Positions 40,801-55,197 are shown, counted from the first letter of the stretch. The stretch: 64,000 bases of DNA from Azolla caroliniana (GCA_043228905.1 JBHGNT010000008.1:806001-870000); one strand, 5' to 3'. Translations and numbers: made by a program. Notes: generated from the sequence alone by a model not told the origin.

Positions 40801-43800
40801 TGAAAAAATTTGGTTTTGGGATCGTTCATCGTTTGAAAGGTCCTCAGCCAGGAATCCTTATTCAATTCAATAAACTTGAAAATGTTTGGTTTTCTAATCA
40901 TCCATCATTTGAGAGGTCCTCAACCAGGATTCCCTGTACAATTCAATAAACTTGAAAATGTTTGGTTGTCTTATTGTCCATCCTTTGGGAGGTCCTGAAC
41001 CTGAATTTTGTATGCCTTTCAATAATTTCGAAAATGTTCTGATTTCACATGGAAACGTTTACAAGGTATCCATACTGCCAACAAACTAGTAATGTACCGT
41101 TACAAGTAACTTCATTGAAAATAAAAGTATCTAAAAGCATGAGATTGTTTACAAGTAGGAATTAAACTATATTCCATTTTTAATGGGAAGGGTTTACTTT
41201 TATGCCAAGGTATAGCATTAGTTGAGAATATGAAAGTCCTACATATGATGGCTAAATATGAATAATTGGTGATCTACAATCTGCAGGGAGATTTCTAGCA
41301 GAGCTGACAAAGGAAGTTTTTCAGGATTTGGAACAAAGCAAGTATCAGGTATGCTTCTTTCATCGCCAACATACTGCATGTCTCTTTTACCAAAACCAGA
41401 TATGTTCTTGCCTTTTGACAAAATTCACTCTTTCAGCAAACTCCAGATGGAGAGACATTTCTTACATTAACAGGAATACTTTCTCACTCTTATAATCTCC
41501 ACTTTCTTGTCATGTCTGGCTCCACCTAGTTTATCATTTCTGCTTCAGTCTATAGGAGGTAGGTGAGTTCTTAGATTAAGCTAGTCAGCCTTTTTGTGAT
41601 GTGAGTCACATATAATGAGGAAGTTTATTTAGGTATGAAGAGTCCTTACTATAGATTGCTATACTTAACCCATGATCCTAGAATCATACTAGTCTGATTG
41701 CTGCTTACCATTACTACCAAGTCCTCATGCAGTTATCCCCAATAGATGAATAAGAGTCTCTTTATGACACAATGATGACAAATGGAGAAGTTGGGTCCAG
41801 TTCTAATGACAACAATAATATATCTGATAGTTCGGGGATGGGTCCTGGAATTGCATGACATTGACTTTCCTTGTGTAAATGTGGCATATCCTAGGTGACT
41901 CTATCTTTTGTTGCTTGTCCAACAACTTCCTGTACACTGAAAGTTCTAGTCAATTATATACATCCAATTGCTATGAGCCCCTCTAATATTAAACAGTTGT
42001 ATGAATCTCCAATCCATCCAAACACCATATGAGCAATTACAATCTCTGCACCACGGTGTATGTTAATGAACTCTAAAATTTTATTCATATAACATGTCAA
42101 AAAAGGATGCTGTATGGTAGATATTATTAACAACAATTCTTCGTTTGTGTTATTTCTAGATGGCGGAGTATCGTATTTCTATATATGGAAGAAAACAAAG
42201 TGAGTGGGATCAACTTGCTAGCTGGTTTGCCAACCATGAACTTTACAGCAAAAATGTTGTTTGGCTTATCCAGGTAATGATTTGGAATGTTTTTCAAATC
42301 CGCGGGTGATTCATGCTTATTATTCGGTTTAAATGGGTGTTTCACGAAACATTCAAACTCCTCCCCATGAACTGACAAATTATTAGCGAGTTTTATTGTG
42401 CAAGGGTGAATGAATCCCAAAGGCATAACAAACTTCCAGTGGGAATGGAGAATGTTTCATAAAACATTCAGTAGCTGATATTTGAATGAGCTTACTGATA
42501 GGGTGTATAAGATAATAGATAGTTATACACTATATGAGGGCTTGACCAAACCGATTAGATGGAGTTGAAAATCATAATATATTATATAGCTCTAGGTAAT
42601 TATGATTAGAGAGTATAACTCAAGAAACTAAGAAAAAAGATAGAGAAAGCGTGCAAGAAATAAGAATGTTCTGATATTCCAACATCAAGAGAATACAAAG
42701 GAGACAAACTCCACATTGAACTAAAACCAAAGACCTTCCTCTTCTAAGACACTTCCTCTTCCACAAAGACACTTCTTCCTAACACTCCTCATCCACTCTT
42801 TGTCCTTCACTCTTCGCCCCCCTCCTCACTAATATCACTTCTTCTTTTATAACCTTCCTCTTCTTATCCACGTTCATGCTATTTTTAGAAGCTTTTTATC
42901 TCCCTATTTTTAGCTATGACACATCGACCTTCTAATCGTCATATCTCCCTCATCCGATATCCAAATTAAGCGATTTAAAAAGCTATAGAAAGCTCTTTTT
43001 ACAAGCTTTCTAATCCATATTTAAACGTGGTATTTGGATAAACAACGAGGGAGTTATGACCATTCTATTTTTACTGTTTTTTATAGTCTGCGTTTTCTCT
43101 TTTTACTTTTCTCTTGGTCTCGTACTTTTACTTTTGACTTCTTCCCTAAGGTCTTAGTTCGTGTTCTTATCCTCAAAAGGTGAATTATCTATACTTTATA
43201 TTCTCCTAATGTTCAATGGCTTAGATTCTAAAAACACTTTCACACTTACCATGTTTAATAAATAAGATGCAGCACTTTTAAGAGTGCCAAAGGTGAATTT
43301 GGTTCTGCTGTTTGAAGCCATAAAGTCAGAACTTTTGTCAGAGTGAGCTGTTGAGGGTAAATGAGTTGTTGTCCTCATATTTTTGCTTTCCTAAAATGCA
43401 AATTACCCATAACCTAAAATTATACTGATTATAGCTAGACAACTGTTACGGGAAAATGTAACAGATGGCTCATTACAATGTTGTAGAAGTAGAATTATAG
43501 CAGTTTCTAGTGTCAGAAGAAATTGGGGTTAGTGTAAAACATTAATTGAGGTCTCCATTTATTTTGAGTCCAGTAACTCTCCTTGTAATTAGTGTGAGCT
43601 CATTTGTTGTCCATCTTTTTACATGATTCTGATTCTCATATGCTCGCTAATTGTAAGTTATCTTTGTTTTTCAGCTCCCACGACTTTACAACATTTACAA
43701 AGAAATGGGCATTGTTAACTCATTTCAGAATATGCTGGATAATGTGTTCCTTCCATTGTTTGAAGTTACTATTGACCCTAGCTCTCATCCACAACTACAT

Positions 43801-45250
43801 ATGTTCCTTGAACAGGCATGTTGCCTGTTTAATTTGAACTGGTCATTTGCAGCTTATTCTATGTTGGTTTTCCTGATTAACGAGATGGCGTAATTTGTAT
43901 GGTGCTACATAGGTTGTCGGTTTTGACCTGGTGGATGATGAGAGTAAACAAGAGAGGAGACCGACAAAGCACATGCCCACTCCTGAAAATTGGAACATAA
44001 TCTACAATCCTGCATACTCTTACTATGCATACTATGTGTATGCAAACTTGTATACTCTGAATAAGGTATGGCTTTTTAACAAGGATCAAAAACTATTGTC
44101 ACTGCCATGATGTTGTGAGTGTCTTTCTGAAATAATTTCCAATCATGAAGCTTCGCGAGTCGAAAGGAATGAAAACGTTCAAGTTTCGCCCTCATGCCGG
44201 GGAGGTAATGAAAATTATGTCTATAGAAATAATGTGTTTTTTCGATAGTTTAGTTTAATTATAAACTGTTCCAATTTTAACTCCATCCAGGCTGGTGACC
44301 TTGATCATCTGGCAGCTGCATTTTTACTCACACACAGTATAGCACATGGAAATAATTTACGCAAGACACCCGGGTTGCAATATTTATATTACCTTGCTCA
44401 GGTAACTAACTGCATTAAAAAAAAAAGCTCCTTCTCAAGGCACTGCTATATAGATCTCTAAAAGTACCTTGGGCAGTTCTACTAATATATTGATTCTGGT
44501 TTGTTGCTCTCTAAGCTGAGACACCATTTTATGATGTAATATCTCAATCAGTGTAAAGGGGAATTTTATCCTTTCCAGATTCTGCTTGTATTTAAACAAC
44601 TTATGGTGATTCTTATCTTCACAGATTGGCTTGGCAATGTCTCCACTCAGTAACAATTCCCTGTTTCTTGATTACCATCGGAACCCTTTTCCGATATTCT
44701 TTGCACGTGGAATGAATGTCTCACTATCAACTGACGACCCTCTACAGATTCACCTTACAAAGGAAGCTTTGGTTGAAGAATATAGCATTGCAGCTCAGGT
44801 AAACAAGAGGTTGTATATCCTCATAAAGTCAAATTTATGTCAAACTATTTTTCTTATATTTGCTATGTGAATTGGCAGGTATGGAAATTGAGCTCCTGTG
44901 ACTTGTGTGAGATTGCACGAAACTCTGTCTATCAATCAGGATTCTCACATGACCTGAAGGTATGTATAGATGAGGCACAACACCACTTTATTTTTGCAAT
45001 GCATCATTATGTTATTGGTGGTAAACCTGGATAGTTAGTGAAACCCCACAAAAAAATGTTTACAATACAAAATGACCTGTAGGTCACTAATAACTATATC
45101 TATTGTCAGACTAGAAACACAAGAGGTAAATGCATCATCAAAAAACAAACATAGTTGCTTAGGAAAACTATTATATGAGAAATAAAATAATCAAGAAACA
45201 TATATATTAACTGAATTATATCCTTACATCTTCAAGGAATATTGAACTCC

Positions 45251-45281
<31 letters not shown>

Positions 45282-45719
45282 TGGGTATGTGTTAAATGCA
45301 TTTATCAAGACATATCATAGCATCATAAACACGAGCACGTATGCATTACATAGCATGAACGTATGTATATATATATATCTATGTCTTTTGGGTATCTATG
45401 CCGTGTTTCAAGTGGTGAGTTATAACTTACTTGTCTTCCATCAACAGTCACACTGGATTGGACGTAACTATTACAAAAGAGGTCCGAAAGGAAATGATGT
45501 GCACAAGACTAATGTGCCTCGCATGCGTATCGAATTCCGTGACGAGGTACGCATTGCAGTATATGCTCAACTCTGAATATCTATTTGTTCATAATATAAG
45601 CTGCCACTAAATTGTTCTACTTTATAATTTATTGCATGATGGGCAATCAGGTATGGAAAGAGGAGCTGGAATATGTATACCTAGGATATCCTCCCGTTGT
45701 AGACGTGATTGATTCTTGA
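37864..45719 (+). CDS. AMPD: AMP deaminase (FAC1-like), 19 coding exons
   Basis: Exons: 37864-38221, 38322-38563, 38684-38864, 38994-39199, 39303-39354, 39660-39787, 39870-40049, 40130-40197, 40330-40472, 41287-41348, 42160-42273, 43675-43815 (GC donor), 43913-44065, 44151-44204, 44291-44401, 44625-44798, 44879-44959, 45448-45546, 45651-45719. Motifs [49 protein letters not shown] and [11 protein letters not shown], with an N-terminal hydrophobic anchor. Confidence 0.97.
38911..38955. repeat. Interstitial plant telomeric repeats (TTTAGGG)n in an AMPD intron
   Basis: Four TTTAGGG units with TTTCTGG variants. Confidence 0.85.
40725..41040. repeat. Intronic minisatellite, ~80-bp unit, 3-4 copies
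   Basis: Repeated tttgagaggtcctca...ggattcc...caattcaataaacttgaaaatgtttggtt. Confidence 0.85.
42535..43175 (-). mobile_element. Solo-LTR-like insertion in AMPD intron 11
   Basis: TGAGG...CCTCA inverted ends, a minus-strand ggttataaaagaag TATA context and LTR-like purine/pyrimidine skew. No clear TSD; the left boundary is uncertain. Confidence 0.45.
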
Positions 45720-47312
45720 TCTCTCTCTCTCTCTCTGATCAACATAGGATATCATAGCCCCTAAACCCCACTCATCCCATACAAGAATCCGTCTTGTAAA
45801 CCCATCATCTCAAGAAGCATTACCAATGGTAACGCCACTTCCATCCATTGAAATCATTACCATGGATCTTTAGGACACTTAAGAGCTTTCATTTTGGTTT
45901 CGAGCATGCATAACCTGAATTCACCTATAGTTGTAATCATAGTATGAACCATACGTACCACACATGCTTTCGTATTCAAGTATGTTTCGATCATTTGGGT
46001 ATGTAAACACCCTCGAAGTATGGTAAATACCATACGTTTGTATTCATTATTTACTATAAGGTAAAAGTTGTTTTAAAGCTAAAAAAGAGAGAACAAAAAT
46101 TTTAAACGTCATTCGTATATTTTCATAGCATACACATTCGTTTGCAAATGTTTGAGCATAAGAATGCGAATATTACGTTCTATGGTTGTAATCATTATTT
46201 GGCTTAAATTTTGCCCTTTCAGTCTCTACTATTTTTCCCTGACACTATGAAGAATAACAATCACTCTCATAACAGTAAGTAATAACACTATTTTAAGACT
46301 CTAGTGACAAGTCTAGTCACTCTTTCTCCGAATGGGTTGAATACCATGGTAGATGATAATGATGGCAAAAGCCATTCTAAGAGGCTACTCTAGTCATGGT
46401 CTACCTCTCTAGGGGCTATTCTTTTTGTACATTGCATCTCTTCTTGTATTTTGCTTGTACCATGGTCTCGAATACCTATATATCATACTTTTATCACAAC
46501 TTGGTTAAATAAGGAAGCCACCTAGGTTTTAAGGACAATTTAATTTTGCTTTAATTACCAAACATTCTATAAAAGTCATGTGAATGTAATTTCTGGTCTC
46601 ATAGGCTACCTTAGGTTCTTCCAAGATGTTATTCTAACATTTCATTTCATGTTCATTTCTCTCTCTTCAATTTGGTACATGACTCAAAAGATTGTATCAT
46701 GTTAGATATGGTAGGCTTCTCATACACATGCTTAATTGCACAACCTTGCATATTCTCAATGGCGGCCATGCATTTTTTTATGACAATTGTTTTGACATAT
46801 CTTGCAACCTTGGGAGGAGGAAGTGTAGCTGACTATGCATTCATGAAAGAATGTGATGCGTCCATAGTGAATACATTCAGTATTGGCCTAATGTCACCAA
46901 ACTCTGACCAGAGGCCCTTATACTTTCACATTGCAACCAAAAACCCACACATTGACCAATATATTACAATACAAAGGAAAGGAGGTACATTATGTGATGT
47001 TGATGTGGAAAAGCTAATCTATATTCAAGTGAGGTTGAGAGTTATGTCATGATCAATCTGTCCCTTAGTAAAGATGTGAAAACAAATTGAAAGCAATTGA
47101 AAGATATGATTCTCAATGTAGGACATCATTATTTTAATGTTCATATAGTGAACATCGAGTGCTCAAATTCCTATGGAATGCTTTATTTGATGAGGAATGT
47201 ACATCTTATCTCAAAATGTTCAAACAAGCAAAAAATAAAAATGAGAAAGCCATAAAATTGTATCAATATCTAAGAATGATGAGCATAAAGAAGAGGTAAT
47301 ACTATCAAATGC

Positions 47313-47487
47313 AAGAAACCACAAATGTTTTAACTTCAACCAAAGTTAGCATGGATACAACTCAAGGGCAAAAAGGGTGATATAATTAGTAAATGCAGAA
47401 AGGAAGAAACCACAAATGTTTTAACTTCAACCAAAGTTAGCATGGATACAACTCAAGGGCAAAAAGGGTGATATAATTAGTAAATCC
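47313..47487. repeat. Near-perfect tandem duplication (~92-bp spacing)
   Basis: aagaaaccacaaatgttttaacttcaaccaaagttagcatggatacaactcaagggcaaaaagggtgatataattagtaaat occurs twice. Confidence 0.92.
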
Positions 47488-47559
47488 ATTGATGATATAT
47501 ATGCACAGTGGGATAATGCCTACAAATTGAGTATTGCAAAAACACTAAATAATGCATAT

Positions 47560-48640
47560 GTGTACTAAAAAATGTTGGATAAGGTTGCAAGCTCATCAAT
47601 GGATAACAACTATTGTGGATTAAGCTATTGACCAAGATTTTCTAGAAGATTGGCTCATGAATTGCATTAAGCGGCAAGCCAATCCATGAAGGGTGAGATA
47701 AAAAATTGGTATGCAAATACCAAAATATCATGGTTAGGGTAGTTATGACCAAGTTATATAGCGGTATCATGGAGTAAAGATTAGTTCATGGGCTAAACAT
47801 CATCACAAAGAAGCATGTGGTCATGTCGGCTTTGGACCAAAACAATCGATCATTTGGTTGCGTTAAAAGTTATTATTAGTCAACTTCAAGGTAAAATGCT
47901 ATATCGTTGTTTTGTGAACTTTAAAAAAGTCATTGAGAGTGTACCCAGAAGTGAGCTTTGGAAAAGAATGATAGAGATTGGAATGCCATTAAATTATAAT
48001 TGTGGTTTCTCAAAGTACCTTTTGAGCAAAATGGGGGTCAAGCAAGGGTATCCACGCTCTCCCAGTCTCCTTGGTTTATGCATCAATAAACTTGAAGAAA
48101 TAGTAAACAAGACTACAAAAAGAAGGATTAGATGATCAAAAACTCATGCATGAGCTTATTTTAATACTCATATATGTTGATGATGTTTTATTCTCATATA
48201 CTTTGGATCATATACGTACACTTATTTGATGTTTTGGAAACATTCTATCAAATCAATTTTGTTAGCTGTTAATGTGAATAACACAAAATTGGTGGCAATA
48301 AAGGCAATGCAATGAATACATTACCCCAAGTTTACATACAAGAGAGAAACAATACAAGTGGTGAAAAACTATAAATATTTTGGTATTAATGCCCCATCAA
48401 CAAATAGGTGGAATTTATGTTATGGGTCTAAACTTTCAAGAGGGTTGGAATAATTATTATATATGTTTGAGAATCAATACAACCAAAATTATACTTAAGG
48501 ATAGGAAGTGATTGATGTTATTCATTACTATGGTGTTCCAATTGTTGCTTTATGAAGTGAAAATGTGGGTAGACATTTCTCACTTAATACATGGAATGAA
48601 ATAGAGAAAATTCAAATTTCGTTCTTATATAGACAACATT
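47560..48640 (+). mobile_element. Degenerate non-LTR (RTE-like LINE) reverse transcriptase
   Basis: RT motifs LYRCFVNFKKVIESVPRSELW, GVKQGYPRSPSLLGLCI, YVDD (~48172) and YKYFGI, with frameshifts and stops. Confidence 0.8.
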
Positions 48641-49376
48641 AGATATAATCAGTGATCAACCCCAAGTTGTCAGATTTTTTTTTCCTTCCAAAACTACACC
48701 ATAGTTTCTATTACCAATCCAATGAGTGTATACAAACCATATAATGATACAATCTAATGAAGGGCAAGATAGGTAAGGTAGCGGAGAAAAAAGTAGAGCC
48801 CCCACAATGTCACAAGGTAAAACAAACTCCACCTATGGAGTTGTCAATTTTGAATAGAGTGTTACTTCTTACTTTAAGGCTTCATGCCTTTCCAAAATGA
48901 AACAACTATGAAGTCACATTGCATTGTGAATCTAGGCATATGATCTTACTTGATTATATGAGTCACATTTCGATTTTGAACCTAGGCAATCCAAGGAGTG
49001 AGGACGTAGTAAAGATATATAACGAAGCGATATTTTGTGATGTTGTTGGCTAGTAAGACAATAAAGAAGAGGTGTTCTCCTAGACATATCATGGGCAAAT
49101 TCGATAACCATAGATAGTGGGCAAGCACGGGCATGTAAACCCCTTGCCTAACAAAATATAGAAGAGGCTACTTAACTTAAAACTTAACACACCATTGATA
49201 AGCTAACAAACCTTAAGGAATACAAAAAAAAAAAGAAAACCCTTAGATTTTTGGGCGGATTGTTGAAGGCTTTTATTTACATTAGCCAGTTTTCAAAAAT
49301 TAAGAAAAAGAGAGTCTTATCTTCAAAGGAGAGAAGAAGAGCCTGCGGTCCTCTGCTCCTCCTCCGACGCCACGCC

Positions 49377-51904
49377 ATGACGATCCTCGCCTCTGCCCCT
49401 GCGTTTCGCATTCAGTTCAGCAGCACCATGTATTCCTCGTCTCCTTCTCTTATGTGATTCTCAGAATCGTATACTATATATTCCATGTGAAAACTGTGTT
49501 TGAAGAAGATAATCATTCATATCATTGTTATGTGCTTATTTACATGGAAGGTGTGATTATATTGATTTATACCAAATCAATCTCATAAGAATGGCTTCTA
49601 CTGAGCCGCTTCAACATCCGCTTCATCACATGAGCGGCCACTTATACTTGAAATATGTTGCTTTTGAATCTCTGCCATGTGACCCAAAATGATGGAGTGG
49701 GAATTTATAGACTATACGCACAATTTCTCATAGCGTCTGTATGTAACACATGTGGATATCGTATTTTGTGTCTGGATATGTATGTATGTATGTTTGTGCC
49801 AACATTATGTAGATGACACCTCGTACAGTAACTCTTACATCCAGATGTCTTAGGGGGCATCATAAAAGATTTCCTGCGGAGAGGTGCGTAGTAATTAAAT
49901 TCAAATGCGTGCTTTGTTTAAGTTTTAGAAATTCAGATTTTTTCCGTGTTCAATCTCAAGGATCATTGTTGTTGTGAAAAGAAGATCTTCACTATCGCTC
50001 GGAGATATTATATCTCAAAAGTGTCAAAAAAATTCTAGGAATAACAGTATGGAGCATCATCAGTGAATACGCACAAAGAGAGGTGCATGTGTTTGTGTTT
50101 GTCTCTGAAACTTTAGCTGGCATCTATACATTGCTTTCAATCCCTGTTACTTATTTGTACTCGAGGCTACATATATTTCCTCAAGACGACTTTGAATTTA
50201 GTTGTTAAATGATTAGTTAGACTTAAAATATTCAACTTCTGATGGTCCTTAATGCAAGGGGATGTCTAGCACTAAGAGGATTCTCTAAAGATTTGTTGGC
50301 AACCTTCATTTCTTGCATTCTGGACCTCAAAACAGACTGACCTCTGCCAACCAAGCAGTCCCATCACTTAGACATGTTATTAAATGCTTTAGATCAATCC
50401 AAAAATTTATGACACATTGTCCCATCTTTGATCAGAAATGGGCTCTCAATTGGGATCACTAATTCAAGCCAAAATTTGATGTTTGCAAAGCCGACAACCC
50501 CAATTTCTTCAAAAAGGTACTACAGTGCTTGGATTTAGGTCTCCTGTAAAATTTAGCTCATTTTTCAGGCATTTCAGTTTTATTACACTATTTATCAACT
50601 TTTGTTGTGGTATTCAAGATTCATGAACTCCAAGCATACATGATCTATTGATCCTTCCAAGTTTCATTTTACATAATACACTGTATTTTGCATTTCTTCT
50701 TTTATGATTAGACGAGCACTGCAAATATGGATGTTGAAGGGTGCAGACGCAGGGCAACCTTCAGGTTTTGGTTTGCAGCAGAAAGAAAACAAGTCAATGC
50801 GTAAAATCTTGTAAGTGCGGATGAGAGTTCCCTTTCTTTTCTGCAAAAAATTCAGATGTTACTTTGGCAGTTGAAACTGTCCATGTGAGGCAAAGTTTTT
50901 GATGTTTACTGTCCATGTGGATTTCTATTAACGAGAATTCACTCCTGTGAAACCATAGAAGGATGAACCATGAAGCATACAATAGTCATCATATGTAACA
51001 CATATATACACTGGTTTTTTGCTATGCATTGTCTTGACATTCTCCACTGCTCACCCTTCGTAAATGGGTTAACGGTTATTGCAAATTGAAATTCTAGAAT
51101 GAGGTTATGATTAATCATGTGCCATTTTGGAATTGGAATTCGCTATTTGAGGTCTTTTTATTTAACCTGTGAACCTATGAAACAGAACATTGGACCCAGC
51201 CAAGACTGCAGAAGTTCAAAAATATGACTTATTTGCAAGGAAACTCACGAAGGTAGGCTAATTACACCTGCTTGCATGCGGAAATTTGAAGTTTTATGTT
51301 TGAATCCCTCAAATACAATATCTTATACGTGTAAAATTAGATCTCTTCTATTACTGCATTCCCCCTATTCATTCTGTATGAATGCAGGGGGGGTCTGCAT
51401 CAGAATGGGAATCGATTGGAGATATTTTGTTGGAAAAGGGATCAGATCTAGAAATGGCCCTGAAGGAAAGGAGAAAGAAGCTTTTGGCTGGCGCTCAATA
51501 TCAGGTAAGAAAGGCCTTGCTGTATACCTTAAGAACAGTGATTCGGGATTAACTTTCCTAGCACTCTTATTCAATTGAATTATGAGGAAATATGAAATAT
51601 TGAATGATTTTATTGAGAGTCTAATATTAGCATCAATGATGCGCCACAGTATCCATCTTTTCGGATTTTGAATACTGAAGAGGAACTCCAATATGGATTC
51701 CGTAAATCAGATGAAGCTGATGATGACATCGCCTTGGTGGATGTGAAAGGAAAAGACCTTGGCAGTTCAGTTCCTGCACTCTTGAGGTATGCATGGCATT
51801 AACATGTGGTTTTTTCATTTAGCTTTCTGTATATACAGATATCTTATTTCCACGTGAAATTCAGGATCAATGATGGGATTAAACCTCAACCAAAGCGGTA
51901 TTAG
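49377..51904 (+). CDS. Small predicted plastid protein, HHL1-like domain
   Basis: In-phase exons 49377-49429, 49845-49883, 50712-50810, 51186-51252, 51388-51504, 51650-51786, 51865-51904 give MTILASAPAFRIQF...SGFG...YDLFARK...SEWESIGDILLEKGSDLEMALKERRKKLLAGAQYQYPSFRILNTEEELQYGFRKSDEADDDIALV...RY*. The pattern FxR..W..vG...LLxGA..YP..LEYGxR recalls HHL1-like proteins. The N-terminal exons are less certain. Confidence 0.7.
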
Positions 51905-53379
51905 GTGAAGGAAGCTTAGTGTGGATAAAAAAAGATGCTCTATTGTTCAATGTGGATCATTTCATCCAAACAGAAGATGCATCCATTTTGATATCACTTT
52001 TGTACAAAAGGTAAACAACGAATTGATAGAACAAGTTCACTTTACAGTTAAATATTGTATTGCTGATTTGAATCTTCATGCAATTGTGGAACAGCCATCA
52101 GATTATTTCAGTGGACGAGTAGAAGTCAGATCATATACCGCATTACCTTGAGTATGGATTGAACTTCGAGTATATTGGAGAAAGTGTCAAAGACTTTGAA
52201 GATGGTTCACAAGAATATTAAGTAATTTCTCAGTGCACCAAGAACCATCAACATAATTTATCAGCCAATAACATTTACTATTGCACATCTATGATAGATG
52301 TTTAAAAAAGTAATATTTACTTCTGCACATCAATGGTAGATGTTTAAAAAAGGCTAGAAGCTATTTGATCTGAGCACATACTTAGCCAAGAGAATACTGT
52401 CATAGTACTCCAATGCAGCAATACAGAATTTGGAATCCTTGATTGTATTCCTGATCAAAGAAAGTCATCGTTTTCAAATATTAATTAATGTCATTGTGCA
52501 GTTGCATTATGTGCGTGCACCACCGGATACACATGGCTTATTTTCTAGGTTTGGGATTGCATGACACACCCAACTATTCCATGCCATTTTGCATTATTTG
52601 TTAATCATCTCACTCATTCGCTTGTTGAACATTGTCTTGCAACCTCAGCACCTCTTCCCTCCCTTTGCATCTACCCAACCCACCATTCCTGGTTTAATCA
52701 TTCGATAGACTCAGCCATCACGCGACACATTACGACACCATCAACATTGATAATGAGGCTGTAAAAAAATGCAATGTCAATGAAGTCTAAGTGGATTGAT
52801 AGTGATGCCACCTTGACCATAAAGCCACATTTCCTTGCAACAACTTTGGCAATGACGTGAACAAATCATCACTACAATTCCATACTAACTTGTCTAGATG
52901 ATCTCATTCTACCATGAATATTGATAACACCACCACCAACAATAAAAATCACAAACCTTATGTTTTGGTAGTAGTTACCATCATCACCGACTATTGAGGG
53001 TCTTAACACCATGAAGCGCCATACAAGTTGCTCGGAACAACTGGAAATATTGAGAACTAGGAATGTTCAACAAGATGACACTTTATTTCCCTCTTTGTGC
53101 CATTGAATTAGAATTCTTCCATGGCTTTAGTTATTCTTTTTCGTCCTTGTCAAATATTTTATGTTTTTAAGGATCCTTTTGAATTGTTGTACTCTATTTT
53201 TTTCCTCCCTCTTCAATCACACTCAGTTACTTGAAGCTCCCCTTTTCCATGGTCCTAGAGCTGCCAACCAATTTTTTGTTTTGTTACCATTTGGGCCCTT
53301 TGCCTCATTTTTAACTCTAGTTCTTGTAGAGGTTGAGTAATTGTTAAGGGGAATAGAATAATACTATGAGGCGTAGTAT

Positions 53380-54780
53380 TTCATCAATATTAAATAGTGG
53401 TCATAGGCCAAGTGTATGTAAGAAATTTTGCTATATAATAATTTGTGGGGGACCTACCATTTATTATATAGGAATGACCCATGGCTAATAGGATTGTAAT
53501 GTAAAAGGGACCTTTAGGGTCTCCAACTTGTATAAAAAGGAAAGATCTCTCATATAGAATGGGTCTTTTGGTCCTTTCTACCCTTTGCATACACTAAGAA
53601 CCACTTTCCTCAATGTAGTTTTTTCACACTAATTACTTGAGATATACATGCTTTTTACTTGGTAATTATCTATGTAGTTGAGACACTTCATATGTTTCTT
53701 ATCTAATAATTATCTATTTAATTATACGGCAACCCCAAACACTAACCTAAGAAGTCTTTGAGGCTTCCATGGTTGAAAGAAGTGGAGATATAAATGCTTT
53801 TATGTGTTGACGTAGGATGAAGCATCATGGAGTGACATCCCTCGATTCCCCAACTAACCCATTGAGAGGAAAGTGACCCCTTGGGACTCATTTGTGACCC
53901 TTAGAAGTGCAACACTCGAAGGTAGTCTACAACTTGAACCATATTCTCTTCAATATCCTCCATAACACCATAACCAAAGTTTGTCTTAAGTAGACACCTT
54001 TCTCTTTTATGCATGGATCCTATTGTCAATGAAGTAGAAAAAGTTTTAACAAAGTGCCTCTTGGAAGTTTCCTCTTATGGTCAAGGGAATCACACCATAT
54101 GGATTGTCTAATGCACCCCAAACATTATTTAAGCGAGGAATGGACACTAATCTAGCAATTTAGGAAATCTAAAAGTGTTTTACCATCCTCACCAAGCTGT
54201 TGTTCATATAAGTTCCCTTGACGTGCTCCTCCATTATTTCTCTTCATACCCCTAGTACCATGAATGATTGGGCTCTTCTCTTAGCTTCGTTAAAGCCTTG
54301 ACAGTTTGCACTCTTCTCTAGATATTGGTCTCATAACAATAATATGGGATTCTCCATACCATTGAAACTATTATAAGCAACCACACACCGTCTTAATAGT
54401 GGACCAATTTATCACTAGTTCATCATCATGCTCTAGTAGGGTTCTTAAGTCATTTGTGTCTTTTCCATCCACCTCTCTTTCGGGAAGAGAAATAACTTGT
54501 TAGAGTCAAGTATTGATAGTTGGACAAATCGTTCTTAGAAAGTCCTCTCAAGTGCATTTCTCTCTTCTATATATCAAGGAAACAAGAGCATCTCTTCGAT
54601 TGAAACAATTAGTAGACGCCATTATCTTCTCAACAGCCTTTGTGGGGGCAAATCGTGTCGTTTCCTCTCAAAACATTTGTTCCAATGTTGTCATCACCAT
54701 TCTTGCAAAGTCTTCGAGTTGATTCAGTATCAACTTTATCTCGCCCTACAACACAATTGTTGTGATATCCTATGTGTTAA
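53380..54780. mobile_element. Decayed LTR/Gypsy remnants
   Basis: LTR-like segment with tataaaaagg at ~53531. CCATATGGATTGTCTAATGCACCC at ~54095 encodes PYGLSNAP, like the Gypsy RT MPFGLxNAP motif. Confidence 0.55.
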
Positions 54781-54938
54781 TTGAAAATGAGTAGAACCAC
54801 AAACGTAGTTCTAAACTAGAAAAGTGCTACTATAATGATTGTTTCTTAGAGTTTGTTGCAGACAAGCATGTGCTCGAGGCCTGACACTACGGAGGAGGAA
54901 CAAGTGACCGTGCAAAAAGGCCCTCATGTAGGAATCGA

Positions 54939-55197
54939 CAGCTGTTCGGGTTTCGGCCTAACCGGTTTGACCTTGTCCAAACCAAACTGGTTAAGCATAA
55001 ACCGGTTTAGCCAAGCTGATTAAGGCGTAACCAACTTGTTAAACGGTTTGTCCCAAATAGGTTCGGTTCGGCTTGAGCCATCCTAAACCGAGCTCAAACA
55101 GGTTAACGAATGGCAAGCCCGCACTGAACTGCCAAAACCACTTAGAAGCGGCTTAACGGTTCGGTTTAGGTTTGAGCCGAGCCGTTGCGGATCCCTG
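54939..55197. mobile_element. MITE/hAT-like non-autonomous element rich in AACCG/CGGTT subterminal motifs
   Basis: A ~260-bp GC-richer island with many aaccg/cggtt/ggttcgg motifs, bounded by CAG...CTG. No TSD found. Confidence 0.5.

Noticed and set aside
51276-51578. 100-aa + strand ORF from the ORF track as the gene product
   Set aside because: Wrong frame. Splice phases and motif continuity support the alternative frame used in the HHL1-like model.
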